Notes: generated from the letters alone by a model not told the origin. 64,000 nucleotides of DNA from Candidatus Eremiobacteria bacterium (GCA_963737065.1 CAVTRC010000001.1:1024001-1088000); one strand, 5' to 3'; positions 18,646-30,786 are shown, counted from the first letter of the stretch. Made by a program: numbers and translations.

Positions 18646-19638
18646 CTACGGAAGAAGCACGGCGGCACCGTCGATGCGGTCGCCGCGGAGCGCGTCGAGC
18701 GCGGCTGGTGCTTCCCGTAGGGAAAACTGCGTCGCGCGCGAGCGGATACCTGCCCTCGCCGCAAGAGAAAGAAAGCCAATTGCATCGTCTCGCGTCATGT
18801 TTGTAACGCTGCGGAGCTGCCGTTCGCCCCACAGCAGACGGTCGTAATCGAACGCCGGCATACGGTCCAAATGGATCGCGTTGATTGCGACGATACCGCC
18901 TTTCCGCAACGCCGCGAGCGCTGCGATGACGACGTCTCCCGACGGCGCAAACGTCACCGCGCGATCGAGCTGCCGTGGCGGCGGCTCATCCTCGCCGCCA
19001 ACCCACGCCGCGCCCATGTCACGCGCGAGTTCCCGGTGCGAAGCGCCACGCGTCGCGACGTAGACCTCGCAGTTCCAGGCGTGCAACACCTGTATCGCGA
19101 GGTGCGCCGACGCACCGAATCCGTAGAGTCCCACGCGTTCGCGAGGCTGAACGCCGGCCACGCGCAACGCGCGATAGCCGATGATGCCGGCGCATAAGAG
19201 CGGCGCAGCCGAAATGTCGTCGAGTTCTTCCGGTAACGCGTACGTAAAATCAGCGCGCGCCGCGGCGAATTGCGCATAGCCGCCGTTGCGGTCGTAACCG
19301 GTGAACGCGATCGAATCGCACAGATTTTCGCGGCCTGCGCGGCACTGCGCGCACGTTCCGTCGGTGTGCGCGACCCATGAAACGCCGCGCCGTGCTCCGA
19401 CGAGCGCGGGATCCACAGCAGCTCCGACGGCCGCAATGCATCCGATGATTTGGTGCCCGGGAACGATGCGATCGCGATGCGGCGGCAGTTCGCCGTCCAC
19501 AACGTGCAAATCGGTACGGCAGATGCCGCACGCTTTCACTTCCAACAGCACGTCGTCCGGCGCCAGGCGCGGCGCGTCGATCTCCTCGACGCGCAACATG
19601 CCCTTTTCGTCCTTTGCATGGCGCACTGCGGCGAGCAC
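18646..19638 (-). CDS. Zinc-dependent alcohol dehydrogenase
   Basis: ACGICRTDLH, PGHQIIG, CAQC..ENLC, APLLCAGIIGY, GLYGFGASAH; GTG 19638 preceded by AGGAGG. Confidence 0.92.
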   Translation of the reverse strand: MLAAVRHAKDEKGMLRVEEIDAPRLAPDDVLLEVKACGICRTDLHVVDGELPPHRDRIVPGHQIIGCIAAVGAAVDPALVGARRGVSWVAHTDGTCAQCRAGRENLCDSIAFTGYDRNGGYAQFAAARADFTYALPEELDDISAAPLLCAGIIGYRALRVAGVQPRERVGLYGFGASAHLAIQVLHAWNCEVYVATRGASHRELARDMGAAWVGGEDEPPPRQLDRAVTFAPSGDVVIAALAALRKGGIVAINAIHLDRMPAFDYDRLLWGERQLRSVTNMTRDDAIGFLSLAARAGIRSRATQFSLREAPAALDALRGDRIDGAAVLLP

Positions 19639-19651
19639 GAACGTCCTCCTC

Positions 19652-20491
19652 ATGGCACAAGCGACGTTGGCGAATTTCGACGCGGCCGCCGCATATGCTC
19701 GCAAGCATACGCTGCACGCGCTCGTCATCGCGAATTCGAAACAGACGCTGTTCGAAACGTACGAATCAGGATACCGCGCCGATGCGCCGCACGCCATTTA
19801 TAGCGGAACCAAGAGCTTCTGGGGAACGACGGCGCTGTGCGCGGTCGGCGATGGTCTCTTCGAGCTCGACGAACCGGTGCTGAGCGTTATACCGGAGTTC
19901 GCGGGCGACATCCGGCGCAACATTACGCCGCGGATGCTGCTCGCGATGACGGCCGGCTACGGATTCGGCGGCCTCGGTGCATCCGTGCCGACATACGAGA
20001 AAGCGCTCGCGATTCCGTTGAAAAACCGTCCGGGCGAAACGTTTACGTACGGCGGAATTCCGCTGCAGGTCTTCGGCGCATTTTTCGCACGTGTGCTGGA
20101 ACCACATGGTGAAACACCGCATACGTATCTGCGGCGGCGCGTGCTCGAGCCGGCGCGCGTGCACGTCGATGAGTGGCGAACGTTGAGCGACGGAACGCAT
20201 CCGCTGCCGACCGGCGTGCAACTGCGCGCGAGCGAGTGGCTCGCGTACGGGCGATACGTGCTGCGCCACGTGCGCGAAAATGCCGAAGCATTGCACGGCT
20301 CGGCCGCGAATGCGCGGTACGGCCTTGCCTGGTGGCTCGCGCCTGCGGGCGTACCGGACGACACGTTTTACGCGAGCGGATCCGCGGGGCAGGGGCTGTA
20401 CGTCATTCCATCGCGCGATCTCATCATCGTCCACTTTGCGAAGAGCGCGTCGTACAAGCACGACGCGCTCCTCAAGAGACTGTTCGTATAA
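19652..20491 (+). CDS. Serine hydrolase (beta-lactamase/class C-like family)
   Basis: SGTK (SxxK), LLAMTAG, PGETFTY, YGLAWW, ASGSAGQ. Confidence 0.88.
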   Translation: MAQATLANFDAAAAYARKHTLHALVIANSKQTLFETYESGYRADAPHAIYSGTKSFWGTTALCAVGDGLFELDEPVLSVIPEFAGDIRRNITPRMLLAMTAGYGFGGLGASVPTYEKALAIPLKNRPGETFTYGGIPLQVFGAFFARVLEPHGETPHTYLRRRVLEPARVHVDEWRTLSDGTHPLPTGVQLRASEWLAYGRYVLRHVRENAEALHGSAANARYGLAWWLAPAGVPDDTFYASGSAGQGLYVIPSRDLIIVHFAKSASYKHDALLKRLFV

Positions 20492-20496
20492 CGAAT

Positions 20497-23400
20497 CTAC
20501 GGCGAGACCGGTGTCGCGCCTTCGATCGATTTCATGCCTTTCGCCTGCAGCTGCTTCGAGAGTCCCTGCAGCGATTGAACGAACGCGTTGTAATCGGCGA
20601 ACGCTTTATCGTACGCGGCGTCGAAACGCGACGCATAGTCGAGCTGTTCCGCCGTCGGCGGAAGTTGCACGCCGAAGCCGGTGCGCGGTACCGATTCACG
20701 CAGCGAACCGGGACGCTGAATCGAGTCTTCGTCGTTGTGATAGTCGGCCGTGAAGCCATAGAACACATCGCTCCACGTCTTCCGTGCATTCGCGATCGCC
20801 GAGCTCAACGACGGGTCGCTGGTCTTTGCAGCAAAGAGCGACTTCTTGATTGCGTCCATGTTGTTGAGCGCCTCGTCGATCTTGCCGTAACGGTCGTTGT
20901 ACTTCACCGCGAAGTCGAAGCCGGCTTGATATTGCGCCTGCGCCCACGAATCGCGCGGATCCGGCTTCACCTCGAAGGTTTGCGTCATCGTGTTCCCGCC
21001 GACCGTCATGCGAACCGAGTAGCTGCCCGGAACAACCATCGGGCCGGTGTTCGGGCCTTGATATTCTTCGCGCGCAGCACCGTGCCACTTTGTCGGGCCA
21101 TCGATATGGAAATCCCACGTGAAGCGGTTGATGCCCGCTTTGTTTGGAATGTACGGCACGTCTTTGCCCGCGATTTTATGCGTGCCCTTGATCGTTCGAA
21201 TCACCTTGCCGCTCGCGTCGAGGATTTCCGCAGAGAGTGTGCCCTTTTGCGGAGCCGATTGGTAGAAATCGACGATGGCACCTTGGGGCGGATTCTGACC
21301 TGCGAAATCGGTATATGCGCTCGAATTTTCGTTCGAGTGGTAATGATACTCATACGAGGTGCGCGGCTTGAAGAGCATCTGGCCGGCGCGTTGCGCCTCG
21401 GGCAGCTGCTGCAGCGACGTTGCATCGTCCAGAATCCAAATATCGCGCCCGTGCGTTGCAATCACGATATCGTTGAAGTCGGGCTGGATGCGAATGTCGC
21501 GAACCGAAACTTGCGGCAAGTTGTTGCGGAAGCTGTCCCAGTGAGCGCCGCCGTCGTACGAGATGTAGAGCGCCGTCTCGGTGCCGGCATAAACCAAGTT
21601 TGGGTTGTGGATGTCCGGCCTCACCGAACGCGCCCACACGTCGCCCGGTAAGCCGTTGACGATCTTCGTCCACGACTTTCCGTAGTCGTGCGTCACGAAA
21701 ATGTAGGGCGCATAATCACCCATGCGGTGATTGTCGGCAACGGCATACGCGGTGCCCGCTTGCGTCGAGGACGGAACGACGGAGGGCATACGCGCGTACT
21801 GCGGCGTTCCCGGCGGCGTTACGTTTTCCCAATGCTCGCCGGCGTCGCGTGTCATTTGCACGAGACCATCGTCGGTACCGACCCAAATCTCGCCTCGATC
21901 GAGCGGCGAACCTTCGATATCGAGCAATGTATCGGAATACTCAGCGCCCGATACGTCTTTTGCGAGCGGTCCGCCCGTCGGCTGTTGATGCGACTTGATG
22001 TTGCGCGTAAGATCCGGCGAGATCACCGTCCAGTGCTCGCCCCGATCCGTCGTCTGAAACACAACGTTCGCACCCATCCAGGCGATGTGTCCGTCCCACG
22101 GAGCGAAATTGATCGGTGAATCCCAGTTGAATCGATACTTCGCGGTGCTGAGATCGAACGGTCCGAGGAAGCTGCCAGGAAACGGATCGTACGGACGAAC
22201 GAAGCGCGCCGTTTCGGTTTTCTTGTTGAACACGAGCAACACGCCGTTCTCGAGATCGCTCCAGATGTACGTCGGATCGATCGGATCGGGAATGCTCCAT
22301 TCACCATCGCCGCCGACGACATTGATCCAGTGGCGGTTCAAAATTCCGTCCGGTGACAGCGAATTCGACGGCCCGCAAAAGCCGTTGTTGTCTTGCAGCG
22401 GCGCGCAGACGGTGTACGGATTTTCGTTCGAAAGTCCGACGTGATAGACTTCGCCGATCGTCAAGTTGCGCGAGAACGACCAATTTTTGCCGCCGTCGAG
22501 CGTGAGCGCGTAGCCGCCGTCTTCGCCCGTCATCATCCGCTTGGAATCGTTCGGCGCGATCCACATCGCGTGGTAGTCGACGTGGACGTCTTTGGCGATC
22601 GACGTAAACTTCTTGCCGCCGTCTTTGCTCTCCGCGAGCATTTCCGAAACGGCGTACACGTGATCGGGATTCGTCGGGTCGACGTTGATGTGCGTGAAGT
22701 AGAACGGGCGCTGATCCACGAGCGTGTCGTCGTTGATCATCTTCCAATCGGCGCCCGCGTCGTCGCTGCGCCACAGAATGCCGCCCTTCGCTTCAATGAG
22801 CGCGTAGACGCGGTTCGGGTTGCTCGGCGCAACGGCTAAACCGATGCGTCCCGTATATCCCGTCGGCAGTCCGTGTCCCGCCAACCGTTTCCAGCTGCGA
22901 CCGCCGTCCGTCGATTTGAAGAGACCGTCGTCCGGACCGCCGCTCGTGAAGTTCCACGGAACGCGGCGGAATTGCCACATCCCGGTGTAGAGCACGTTCG
23001 GATTCTTCGGATCCATCGCAAGATCGCTTGCGCCGCTCGACGGTCCGAGATAGAGCGTTTTCTTGAACGTTTTACCGCCGTCGAACGTCACGTAAATCCC
23101 GCGGTTCTCGGAATCCTTGAACGGATCGCCGAACGCGGCAACGACGACGTGATTCGTGTCCTTCGGATCGATGGCAATGCGAGAAATGCTCCACACGCCG
23201 TCCAGTCCTACACGCGTCCATGTCTTCGCACCATCCGTCGTTTTGTACAGTCCGTTACCGAATGTTACATCGTTGCGGGGATTCGCTTCACCGGTTCCCG
23301 CCCAAACCGTGTCATCGTGTTGCGGATCGATCGCAACCGCGCCGATCGCGGCCACGCCATGATTGTCGAAGACGGGATCCCAGGTGTAGCCGCCGTTCGC

Positions 23401-23625
23401 GGTTTTCCACACGCCGCCGCCCGCCGTCGCGATGTAGTAGATCTTCGGATTTTGCGGGGTTCCCGCCACACCGGCGACACGACCGCCGGCAATCGCCGGT
23501 CCGATCGAGCGCCACTTTAGATCGCTATAAGGAGCATTCGCCGCATGCGCGGGCTGCGCGAGAACAGCCGGCGCGAGCAGCGCAGTTGCTGCGAGACCGG
23601 CAACCGCACGCGTACGTAAATTCAA
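20497..23625 (-). CDS. Secreted VPS10/sortilin-like BNR-repeat (Asp-box) beta-propeller protein, paralog 2
   Basis: Signal peptide; WRSIGPA..GGRV; many (S/T)xDGGxxW Asp-boxes; VHVDYHAMWI, LQDN, GGDG. Confidence 0.9.
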   Translation of the reverse strand: MNLRTRAVAGLAATALLAPAVLAQPAHAANAPYSDLKWRSIGPAIAGGRVAGVAGTPQNPKIYYIATAGGGVWKTANGGYTWDPVFDNHGVAAIGAVAIDPQHDDTVWAGTGEANPRNDVTFGNGLYKTTDGAKTWTRVGLDGVWSISRIAIDPKDTNHVVVAAFGDPFKDSENRGIYVTFDGGKTFKKTLYLGPSSGASDLAMDPKNPNVLYTGMWQFRRVPWNFTSGGPDDGLFKSTDGGRSWKRLAGHGLPTGYTGRIGLAVAPSNPNRVYALIEAKGGILWRSDDAGADWKMINDDTLVDQRPFYFTHINVDPTNPDHVYAVSEMLAESKDGGKKFTSIAKDVHVDYHAMWIAPNDSKRMMTGEDGGYALTLDGGKNWSFSRNLTIGEVYHVGLSNENPYTVCAPLQDNNGFCGPSNSLSPDGILNRHWINVVGGDGEWSIPDPIDPTYIWSDLENGVLLVFNKKTETARFVRPYDPFPGSFLGPFDLSTAKYRFNWDSPINFAPWDGHIAWMGANVVFQTTDRGEHWTVISPDLTRNIKSHQQPTGGPLAKDVSGAEYSDTLLDIEGSPLDRGEIWVGTDDGLVQMTRDAGEHWENVTPPGTPQYARMPSVVPSSTQAGTAYAVADNHRMGDYAPYIFVTHDYGKSWTKIVNGLPGDVWARSVRPDIHNPNLVYAGTETALYISYDGGAHWDSFRNNLPQVSVRDIRIQPDFNDIVIATHGRDIWILDDATSLQQLPEAQRAGQMLFKPRTSYEYHYHSNENSSAYTDFAGQNPPQGAIVDFYQSAPQKGTLSAEILDASGKVIRTIKGTHKIAGKDVPYIPNKAGINRFTWDFHIDGPTKWHGAAREEYQGPNTGPMVVPGSYSVRMTVGGNTMTQTFEVKPDPRDSWAQAQYQAGFDFAVKYNDRYGKIDEALNNMDAIKKSLFAAKTSDPSLSSAIANARKTWSDVFYGFTADYHNDEDSIQRPGSLRESVPRTGFGVQLPPTAEQLDYASRFDAAYDKAFADYNAFVQSLQGLSKQLQAKGMKSIEGATPVSP

Positions 23626-23655
23626 CGTTTTCCCTCATCCTCCACAAAGAGAGAT

Positions 23656-23681
23656 CGGGTTTGCGCAGCGGCGCGAACCCG
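23656..23681 (-). terminator. Stem-loop between the tandem BNR genes
   Basis: CGGGTTTGCGC-AGCG-GCGCGAACCCG immediately after the stop codon; weak U tract. Confidence 0.45.
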
Positions 23682-23683
23682 GG

Positions 23684-26600
23684 TTAATGGACTTGATTGA
23701 CCGTGATCGTTTTGAGTTTCAGGGTTTGGAGCGTCGCATTGAGTTGCGGCACTTGCTGGGTGACGAATGCATTGTAGCGTGCAGTCGCGGTCTTGAGCTC
23801 GCCGGCGACGCGGTTGAAATACTGCGTCATCGCCGGCGTAACAACGGTTCCTCCGAAGAACTGCAGCGTTTGCAGATCTTCACGGAGCTTGCCCGGCATT
23901 TGAATCGAGTCTTCGTCGTTGTGATAATCGGCGGTCAGCGTCGAGAAGAGATCCTCGCGCGCTTGTGCGATGGACTTCAGCTTTGCCGACGACGCCGTGT
24001 CGTTCGCCTTGGCTGCTGCGGCCGTCGCCGAATCGATGCTCTTCTTCACGGTGTCGAGGTCATTCAGCATCGTATCGACTTGCGAGTACATCGCTTCGCC
24101 GCGTTTGGCGAGTTCATATCCCTCGACGATTTCCTTCTGCGTGTACTTCGTCTTCGGGTCGGTCTTCACGACGAAGCGTTGCATGAACGTCTGACTGCCG
24201 AGCGTCAAGCGTACCGAGTAGTTTCCCGGCGGAACGTTGGGGCCGCCGTTGGGACCCTGATAGCGTTCGCGCGCCGCGCCGTACCATTTTACGGGCCCTT
24301 CGGAGGACCAATCCCATACGAAGCGGTTGAGGCCCACTTTATTAGAAACCCACGGCTGGTCCTTACCGCCGACTTTGTGCGTCCCCTCATACCTGCGCAC
24401 AACGTGACCGTAGGAGTCGAGGATTTCCACCTTCGGCGGATTCTTTTGCTCGGCGCGCTGATAGAACGTAATCACGGTCCCGTTTGGCGGATTGTCGGCC
24501 GCGTAGTTCGTGTACGTCCCTTCGTCGTCTTCTCGCTGATTGTACTGATATGACGTGCGAACCGGAAAAAGATAATTGCCGCGCGCCAGCGCCGTTTGCA
24601 ATTGCTGAACCGGCGTCATATCGTCCATCACATAGATCGAGCGTCCATGCGTCGCGATCACGAGATCATCGAACTGCGGCTGCATGCGGATGTCATGCAC
24701 CGACACTGTCGGCAGATTGTTCATGAACTTCTGCCATGAGTTGCCGGCGTCGAACGAGATCCATATGCCTTCTTCGGTTCCGAGGTAGACGATGTTGCGG
24801 TTGCGGATGTCGGCCGCAATCGCGCGTGCCCACGTATCGTTCGGAATGCCGTTCGTAATCGACGTCCAGTGCTTGCCGAAGTCGTGCGTGACGAACGCGT
24901 ATGGTTTGTTATCGCCGGTGTAGTGTCCGTCATTGGTCGCATACGCGGTGCCGTCCACGAGCGGCGACGGCGAGATCGACGCGTACCGTCCGTATTCGGG
25001 GCCGCCCGGCGGCGTAACGTTCGTCCAGTGCTTTCCGCCGTCGCGCGTGAGTTGAATCAGTCCGTCATCGGTACCGGCCCAGATCTCACCCTTCGCGAGT
25101 CGCGATCCCTCGATGTCGAGAAGCGTATCGCTCGCTTCTGCTCCCGACACATCGTGCGTAATCGGACCACCCGACGGCGCTTGGTGTTCTTTGACGTTGC
25201 GGGTGAGATCGGGGCTAATGATCGTCCAGTGCAATCCGCGATCGGTCGACTGGAACACGCGGTTGCCTCCGATCCAGGCGATGTGTCCGTCCCAGGGCGC
25301 AAACGCAATCGGCGTTTCCCAATTCCAGCGAATCTTCGCTCGGCGGTTGTCGAAGCTCTCGATCGACGTTTGCAGATACGGGATGACGAACCAGCCGTCT
25401 TTCGTGATCTTGTTCGAAACGAGAACGAAACCGTTTTCCGAATCGGACCAAATGTAATTCGGATCGATCGGGTCGGGAACCGCCCATTCGCCGTCGCCTC
25501 CGACGACGTTGATCCATGCCTTGTTTTGAATTCCCGACGGATCTTGCGTGTTGTTCGGCGCGCACCACGCGTTGTTATCTTGTAAGCCGCCGCACACCCA
25601 GTACGGATTCTCGTTCGAAAGACCGACGCGATAGACTTGCGCGATCGGAAGATTTGCCGAGAAGAACCAGTTTGCGCCGTTGTCGACGGTCAACGCGTAG
25701 CCGCCGTCTTCGCCGACCATGATACGCGTCGGGTCGTTCTGCGAAATCCAGATCGCATGATAATCGACGTGAACTTGTTCGGCGATTTCTTTGAACGTTT
25801 TGCCTCCGTCGGTCGATTTCGCGAGTGCTTCGGATACGGCATAGACGACATCGGGATTTTTCGAATCGACGCCGATGTGCGAGAAGTAAAACGGCCGCTG
25901 ATCGACGAGCGTGTCTTTCGACACCATGGTCCAGTTACTGCCGCCGTCGTCGCTGCGCCAAAGAATGCCTTGCTTCGATTCGATCAGCGCATAAACGCGA
26001 TTAGCATTGCTCGGTGCGACCGCGAGGCCGATGCGGCCGAGCGTGTCGGTCGGCAATCCATGTCCCGTAAGTTTCGTCCACGTTTTGCCGCCGTCCGTCG
26101 ATTTGAACAGCCCGTCGTCGGGACCGCCGCTCATAAACGTCCACGGCCTGCGTTGGAACGTCCACATACCGGCGTATACGACGCTCGGGTTCTGCGGGTC
26201 GAGCGCCATGTCGGAAACGCCTGTTTGCGGACCCGTGTAGAGCGTCTTCGTCCACGTTTTGCCGCCGTCGTCGGTCACGTAGACGCCACGATCCGGGCTA
26301 TCGTTGAACAGGTCGCCGAGCGCACCGACGATCACGTGGTTATGATTGCGCGGGTCGACGAGGATACGCGAAATCTGCTTGGTAGCGGCGAGACCCATGT
26401 TCGTCCACTTGTCGCCGGCGTCGGTCGTCTTGTACACGCCATCGCCGTAGCTGACATCATTACGCGGATTCGCTTCGCCGCTACCAACCCATACGGTGTT
26501 GTTGTCGGTCGGATCGATCGTGACCGCGCCGATCGCCGCCACGCTTTCCTTCGTAAACACCGGATCCCAAGTTTGCGCACCGTTGCTGCTCTTCCACACG

Positions 26601-26932
26601 CCGCCGCCGGCGCTGCCGATGTAGTACAGCTTCGGATCGGTGGACGAGCCTGCGACCGCGGCGACGCGACCGCCCGCCGTCGCGGGTCCGATCTCGCGCC
26701 AATTCATGTTGCCGTACGGCGGCCCGGGCGTCGGCGTGGCGGTCGGGGTCGGAGTCGGCTTCGACGGCTTCGGTGGCGGTGTGCCGTGCGGCGCCGGCCC
26801 CACCGGCGGCGTTGCTTGCGCGCTCGGGCTCGCCGACGCAGCGGGCTGCGGCGCTTGCGCGTACACCGGCGCTCCGGAGAGCGCTCCTGCCGTAGCGCAG
26901 CACAACACTCCGACCAACAGTCGTAACTTCAC
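23684..26932 (-). CDS. Secreted VPS10/sortilin-like BNR-repeat beta-propeller protein, paralog 1
   Basis: Signal peptide plus Pro/Thr linker; WREIGPA..GGRV; Asp-boxes; collinear with 20497..23625. Confidence 0.9.
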   Translation of the reverse strand: MKLRLLVGVLCCATAGALSGAPVYAQAPQPAASASPSAQATPPVGPAPHGTPPPKPSKPTPTPTATPTPGPPYGNMNWREIGPATAGGRVAAVAGSSTDPKLYYIGSAGGGVWKSSNGAQTWDPVFTKESVAAIGAVTIDPTDNNTVWVGSGEANPRNDVSYGDGVYKTTDAGDKWTNMGLAATKQISRILVDPRNHNHVIVGALGDLFNDSPDRGVYVTDDGGKTWTKTLYTGPQTGVSDMALDPQNPSVVYAGMWTFQRRPWTFMSGGPDDGLFKSTDGGKTWTKLTGHGLPTDTLGRIGLAVAPSNANRVYALIESKQGILWRSDDGGSNWTMVSKDTLVDQRPFYFSHIGVDSKNPDVVYAVSEALAKSTDGGKTFKEIAEQVHVDYHAIWISQNDPTRIMVGEDGGYALTVDNGANWFFSANLPIAQVYRVGLSNENPYWVCGGLQDNNAWCAPNNTQDPSGIQNKAWINVVGGDGEWAVPDPIDPNYIWSDSENGFVLVSNKITKDGWFVIPYLQTSIESFDNRRAKIRWNWETPIAFAPWDGHIAWIGGNRVFQSTDRGLHWTIISPDLTRNVKEHQAPSGGPITHDVSGAEASDTLLDIEGSRLAKGEIWAGTDDGLIQLTRDGGKHWTNVTPPGGPEYGRYASISPSPLVDGTAYATNDGHYTGDNKPYAFVTHDFGKHWTSITNGIPNDTWARAIAADIRNRNIVYLGTEEGIWISFDAGNSWQKFMNNLPTVSVHDIRMQPQFDDLVIATHGRSIYVMDDMTPVQQLQTALARGNYLFPVRTSYQYNQREDDEGTYTNYAADNPPNGTVITFYQRAEQKNPPKVEILDSYGHVVRRYEGTHKVGGKDQPWVSNKVGLNRFVWDWSSEGPVKWYGAARERYQGPNGGPNVPPGNYSVRLTLGSQTFMQRFVVKTDPKTKYTQKEIVEGYELAKRGEAMYSQVDTMLNDLDTVKKSIDSATAAAAKANDTASSAKLKSIAQAREDLFSTLTADYHNDEDSIQMPGKLREDLQTLQFFGGTVVTPAMTQYFNRVAGELKTATARYNAFVTQQVPQLNATLQTLKLKTITVNQVH

Positions 26933-27009
26933 TCTTCCTCCTCGCGTGAACGGAAATGCCGTCCGTTCACAAAGCGTGAATCTCCTGCGCGTGCATCATC
27001 AAAGAAGAA

Positions 27010-27411
27010 TCAGAACTGCAGCGCGCGCACCGCAACGATGCCCGCAAACGCTGCGACGAAGCCCACAATCACGCTTCCCGCGCCGTAAAGAAGCGCAAGC
27101 GACGCCGCACGTTCGCCGGCGAGCGTCACGATGTCGAGCGAAAACGTCGAGAAGGTCGTAAAACCGCCGAGTACTCCAGTCATCAGAAAGACACGAACGA
27201 GCGGCGTTACGCCGAGCGCTCGCGTTTGCGAAAGTTCGAACACAAGCCCGATAATGAAACTTCCCGCAACATTTATGGCAAACGTCGCCCAGGGAAAACC
27301 GGGACCCAAGCGCTGCGTCACGCCGAGCGTTACGGCGTAGCGCAACACCGATCCGATGCCGCCGCCGATGAAGATCGCGGCGAGCGCAGCCCAGTTGAAG
27401 AGCGCGCTCAC
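27010..27411 (-). CDS. crcB: Fluoride channel Fluc/CrcB
   Basis: GGGIGSVLRY, FPWATFAINVAGSF, GVLGGFTTFSTF. Confidence 0.96.
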   Translation of the reverse strand: MSALFNWAALAAIFIGGGIGSVLRYAVTLGVTQRLGPGFPWATFAINVAGSFIIGLVFELSQTRALGVTPLVRVFLMTGVLGGFTTFSTFSLDIVTLAGERAASLALLYGAGSVIVGFVAAFAGIVAVRALQF

Positions 27412-27752
27412 GCTTTGGGCTCGCCGCTCTTATAACGGATGATCTCAACGGTTTCGAGCGTGATCAGCCCTTCGTGCACCATGTCGTCGAGCACCGGAAT
27501 GAACGCGCCGATCTTCTCCTCGCTATCAACGATTTCGATCAGCACCGGCAAGTCGGTCGAAAGGTCGAAAACGCGCGCGGCGTGCACGACGGAATGACCG
27601 CCATACCCTTCGATGCCTTTGAACACCGTTGCACCGCTAAGCCCGGTTTTGCGCGCACGTTCGACGATCGCGATATACAGCGGCTGACCGCCGTGACGAT
27701 CGCTCTCACCGACGAAGACGCGCAAGAGCTTGCCCGTCGTCTCGGATTTCAT
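27408..27752 (-). CDS. DUF190 (PII-like) protein
   Basis: LLRVFVGESD, GATVFKGIEGYG, LSTDLPVLIEIVD; usual crcB partner. Confidence 0.92.
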   Translation of the reverse strand: MKSETTGKLLRVFVGESDRHGGQPLYIAIVERARKTGLSGATVFKGIEGYGGHSVVHAARVFDLSTDLPVLIEIVDSEEKIGAFIPVLDDMVHEGLITLETVEIIRYKSGEPKA

Positions 27753-27886
27753 CGGCGCTGTTCCGACTGATATCGCGGCACGTTGACGTGAATCGCATAC
27801 CACTGCGAGTAAGCGATTGCCCCGCACATCACGACAAAGAAAATGAGAATTCCGATGCCCCACGCACGACGCGCGCGCGGTGACAC
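27749..27886 (-). CDS. Small single-pass membrane protein, about 45 aa
   Basis: MSPRARRAWGIGILIFFVVMCGAIAYSQWYAIHVNVPRYQSEQRR; its stop overlaps the DUF190 start (ATGA). Confidence 0.6.
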   Translation of the reverse strand: MSPRARRAWGIGILIFFVVMCGAIAYSQWYAIHVNVPRYQSEQRR

Positions 27887-27976
27887 ATTTCTTGACACAA
27901 TTTTCGCATTCGGTGGCGTAAATAAAAGGACCGCCCTACTAGGATTCCGCGTAGGCCGATTGAACCATCGCGACCC

Positions 27977-28633
27977 ATGAGCCGACGCCGTGCCTCGCTC
28001 CTCGCGGGACTTTGCTTCGCACTCGCGGTGGTTTTCCCAATCGCTGCGCCGGCCGCGACGCATTCGGTCCCGGCGAACCGTATCACGATCGCCGCGTATG
28101 CCTCCGTGCTGCGCAAATGCAACCCGCAACTTCCGGACTGGCAGAGCAAAGATCTCGCGCGCCATCTGATCGTCTCGTCGCATCGGTGGAAGATCGACAC
28201 GAATATGCTCGCAGCGATCGTTACGGTCGAATCGAGTTGGCATACGCACGCGCTCTCGTACGCAGGCGCAATCGGTCTTGGACAGCTCATGCCGGGTACC
28301 GCGGCGACGCTCGGCGTCAATCCGCGCGATCCGGTTCAAAATCTCTCCGGCGCGGCTCGCTATTTGCGCGGGTTGCTCGATCGCTTTCACGCCGATCCGC
28401 GCCGCTACGAATTGACGTTCGCGGCATACAACGCGGGTCCTAAAGCCGTTGAAGAGTTCGGCGGCATTCCGCCATACGGTCAAACCCAAAATTACGTCGT
28501 CAAAGTGTTGCGCGCGTGGCACCACTTGCAAAGCGCCGTCCATCTTCCGGCGACCGCGTTCGCCATCGCAAAAGCAAACGGCATCGGCGCAACCGGAGCC
28601 GACGTCGACTACTGGCTGGGCGGCACGCGCTAA
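27977..28633 (+). CDS. Lytic transglycosylase (SLT domain)
   Basis: VESS, GAIGLGQLMPGTA, DPVQNL, AAYNAGP, PPYGQTQNYV. Confidence 0.93.
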   Translation: MSRRRASLLAGLCFALAVVFPIAAPAATHSVPANRITIAAYASVLRKCNPQLPDWQSKDLARHLIVSSHRWKIDTNMLAAIVTVESSWHTHALSYAGAIGLGQLMPGTAATLGVNPRDPVQNLSGAARYLRGLLDRFHADPRRYELTFAAYNAGPKAVEEFGGIPPYGQTQNYVVKVLRAWHHLQSAVHLPATAFAIAKANGIGATGADVDYWLGGTR

Positions 28634-28634
28634 G

Positions 28635-29096
28635 TCAATCTGAGGCGAAAAGAATCGACGCGATTGCATCCGAGAGCGAATGGTTCGCGTCAACGAGGAT
28701 GCCGAGCGCGTTCGCATTCCGCGCGACCTCCACGTCGCTCGTTTTGTCGCCGATGACAACGATTTCGCCGGCATCGATTTCCCATAGCCTCGCTGCGTCG
28801 TAAACGAGTTTGGGTTTTGGCTTCCGGCATTCGCAATCGTCGCCGGGTGCATGCGGACAGATGAACCAGCCGTCGAATGGACCGAGCAGTTCGTCGATAC
28901 GCGCGTTCACGGCGCGCATTTGCTCGCCGGTGATCGTGCCGCGTCCGACGCCGCTTTGATTCGTCAACACGCCGACTTTGAGTCCGGCACCGCGCAACTG
29001 GTCAAGCAGTTCCTTCGCATGCGGAACCGGCCGGACGAGTTGCGGATCTCCGTTGTACGGTACGTCGACGACGATCGTCCCGTCGCGATCGAACAA
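28635..29096 (-). CDS. HAD-IIIA phosphatase (GmhB/HisB-N-like); start uncertain
   Basis: FDRDGT, TNQSGVG, CPH..CECRKPKP, IGDKTSD. Confidence 0.88.
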   Translation of the reverse strand: MFDRDGTIVVDVPYNGDPQLVRPVPHAKELLDQLRGAGLKVGVLTNQSGVGRGTITGEQMRAVNARIDELLGPFDGWFICPHAPGDDCECRKPKPKLVYDAARLWEIDAGEIVVIGDKTSDVEVARNANALGILVDANHSLSDAIASILFASD

Positions 29097-29109
29097 GACA
29101 CCGCGGACG

Positions 29110-30786
<1,677 letters not shown>

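Noticed and set aside
27887..27976. Fluoride riboswitch upstream of the crcB operon
   Set aside because: A GCGATGG is present, but the following GTTCGCC stem and GCTGATGAC elements are not.
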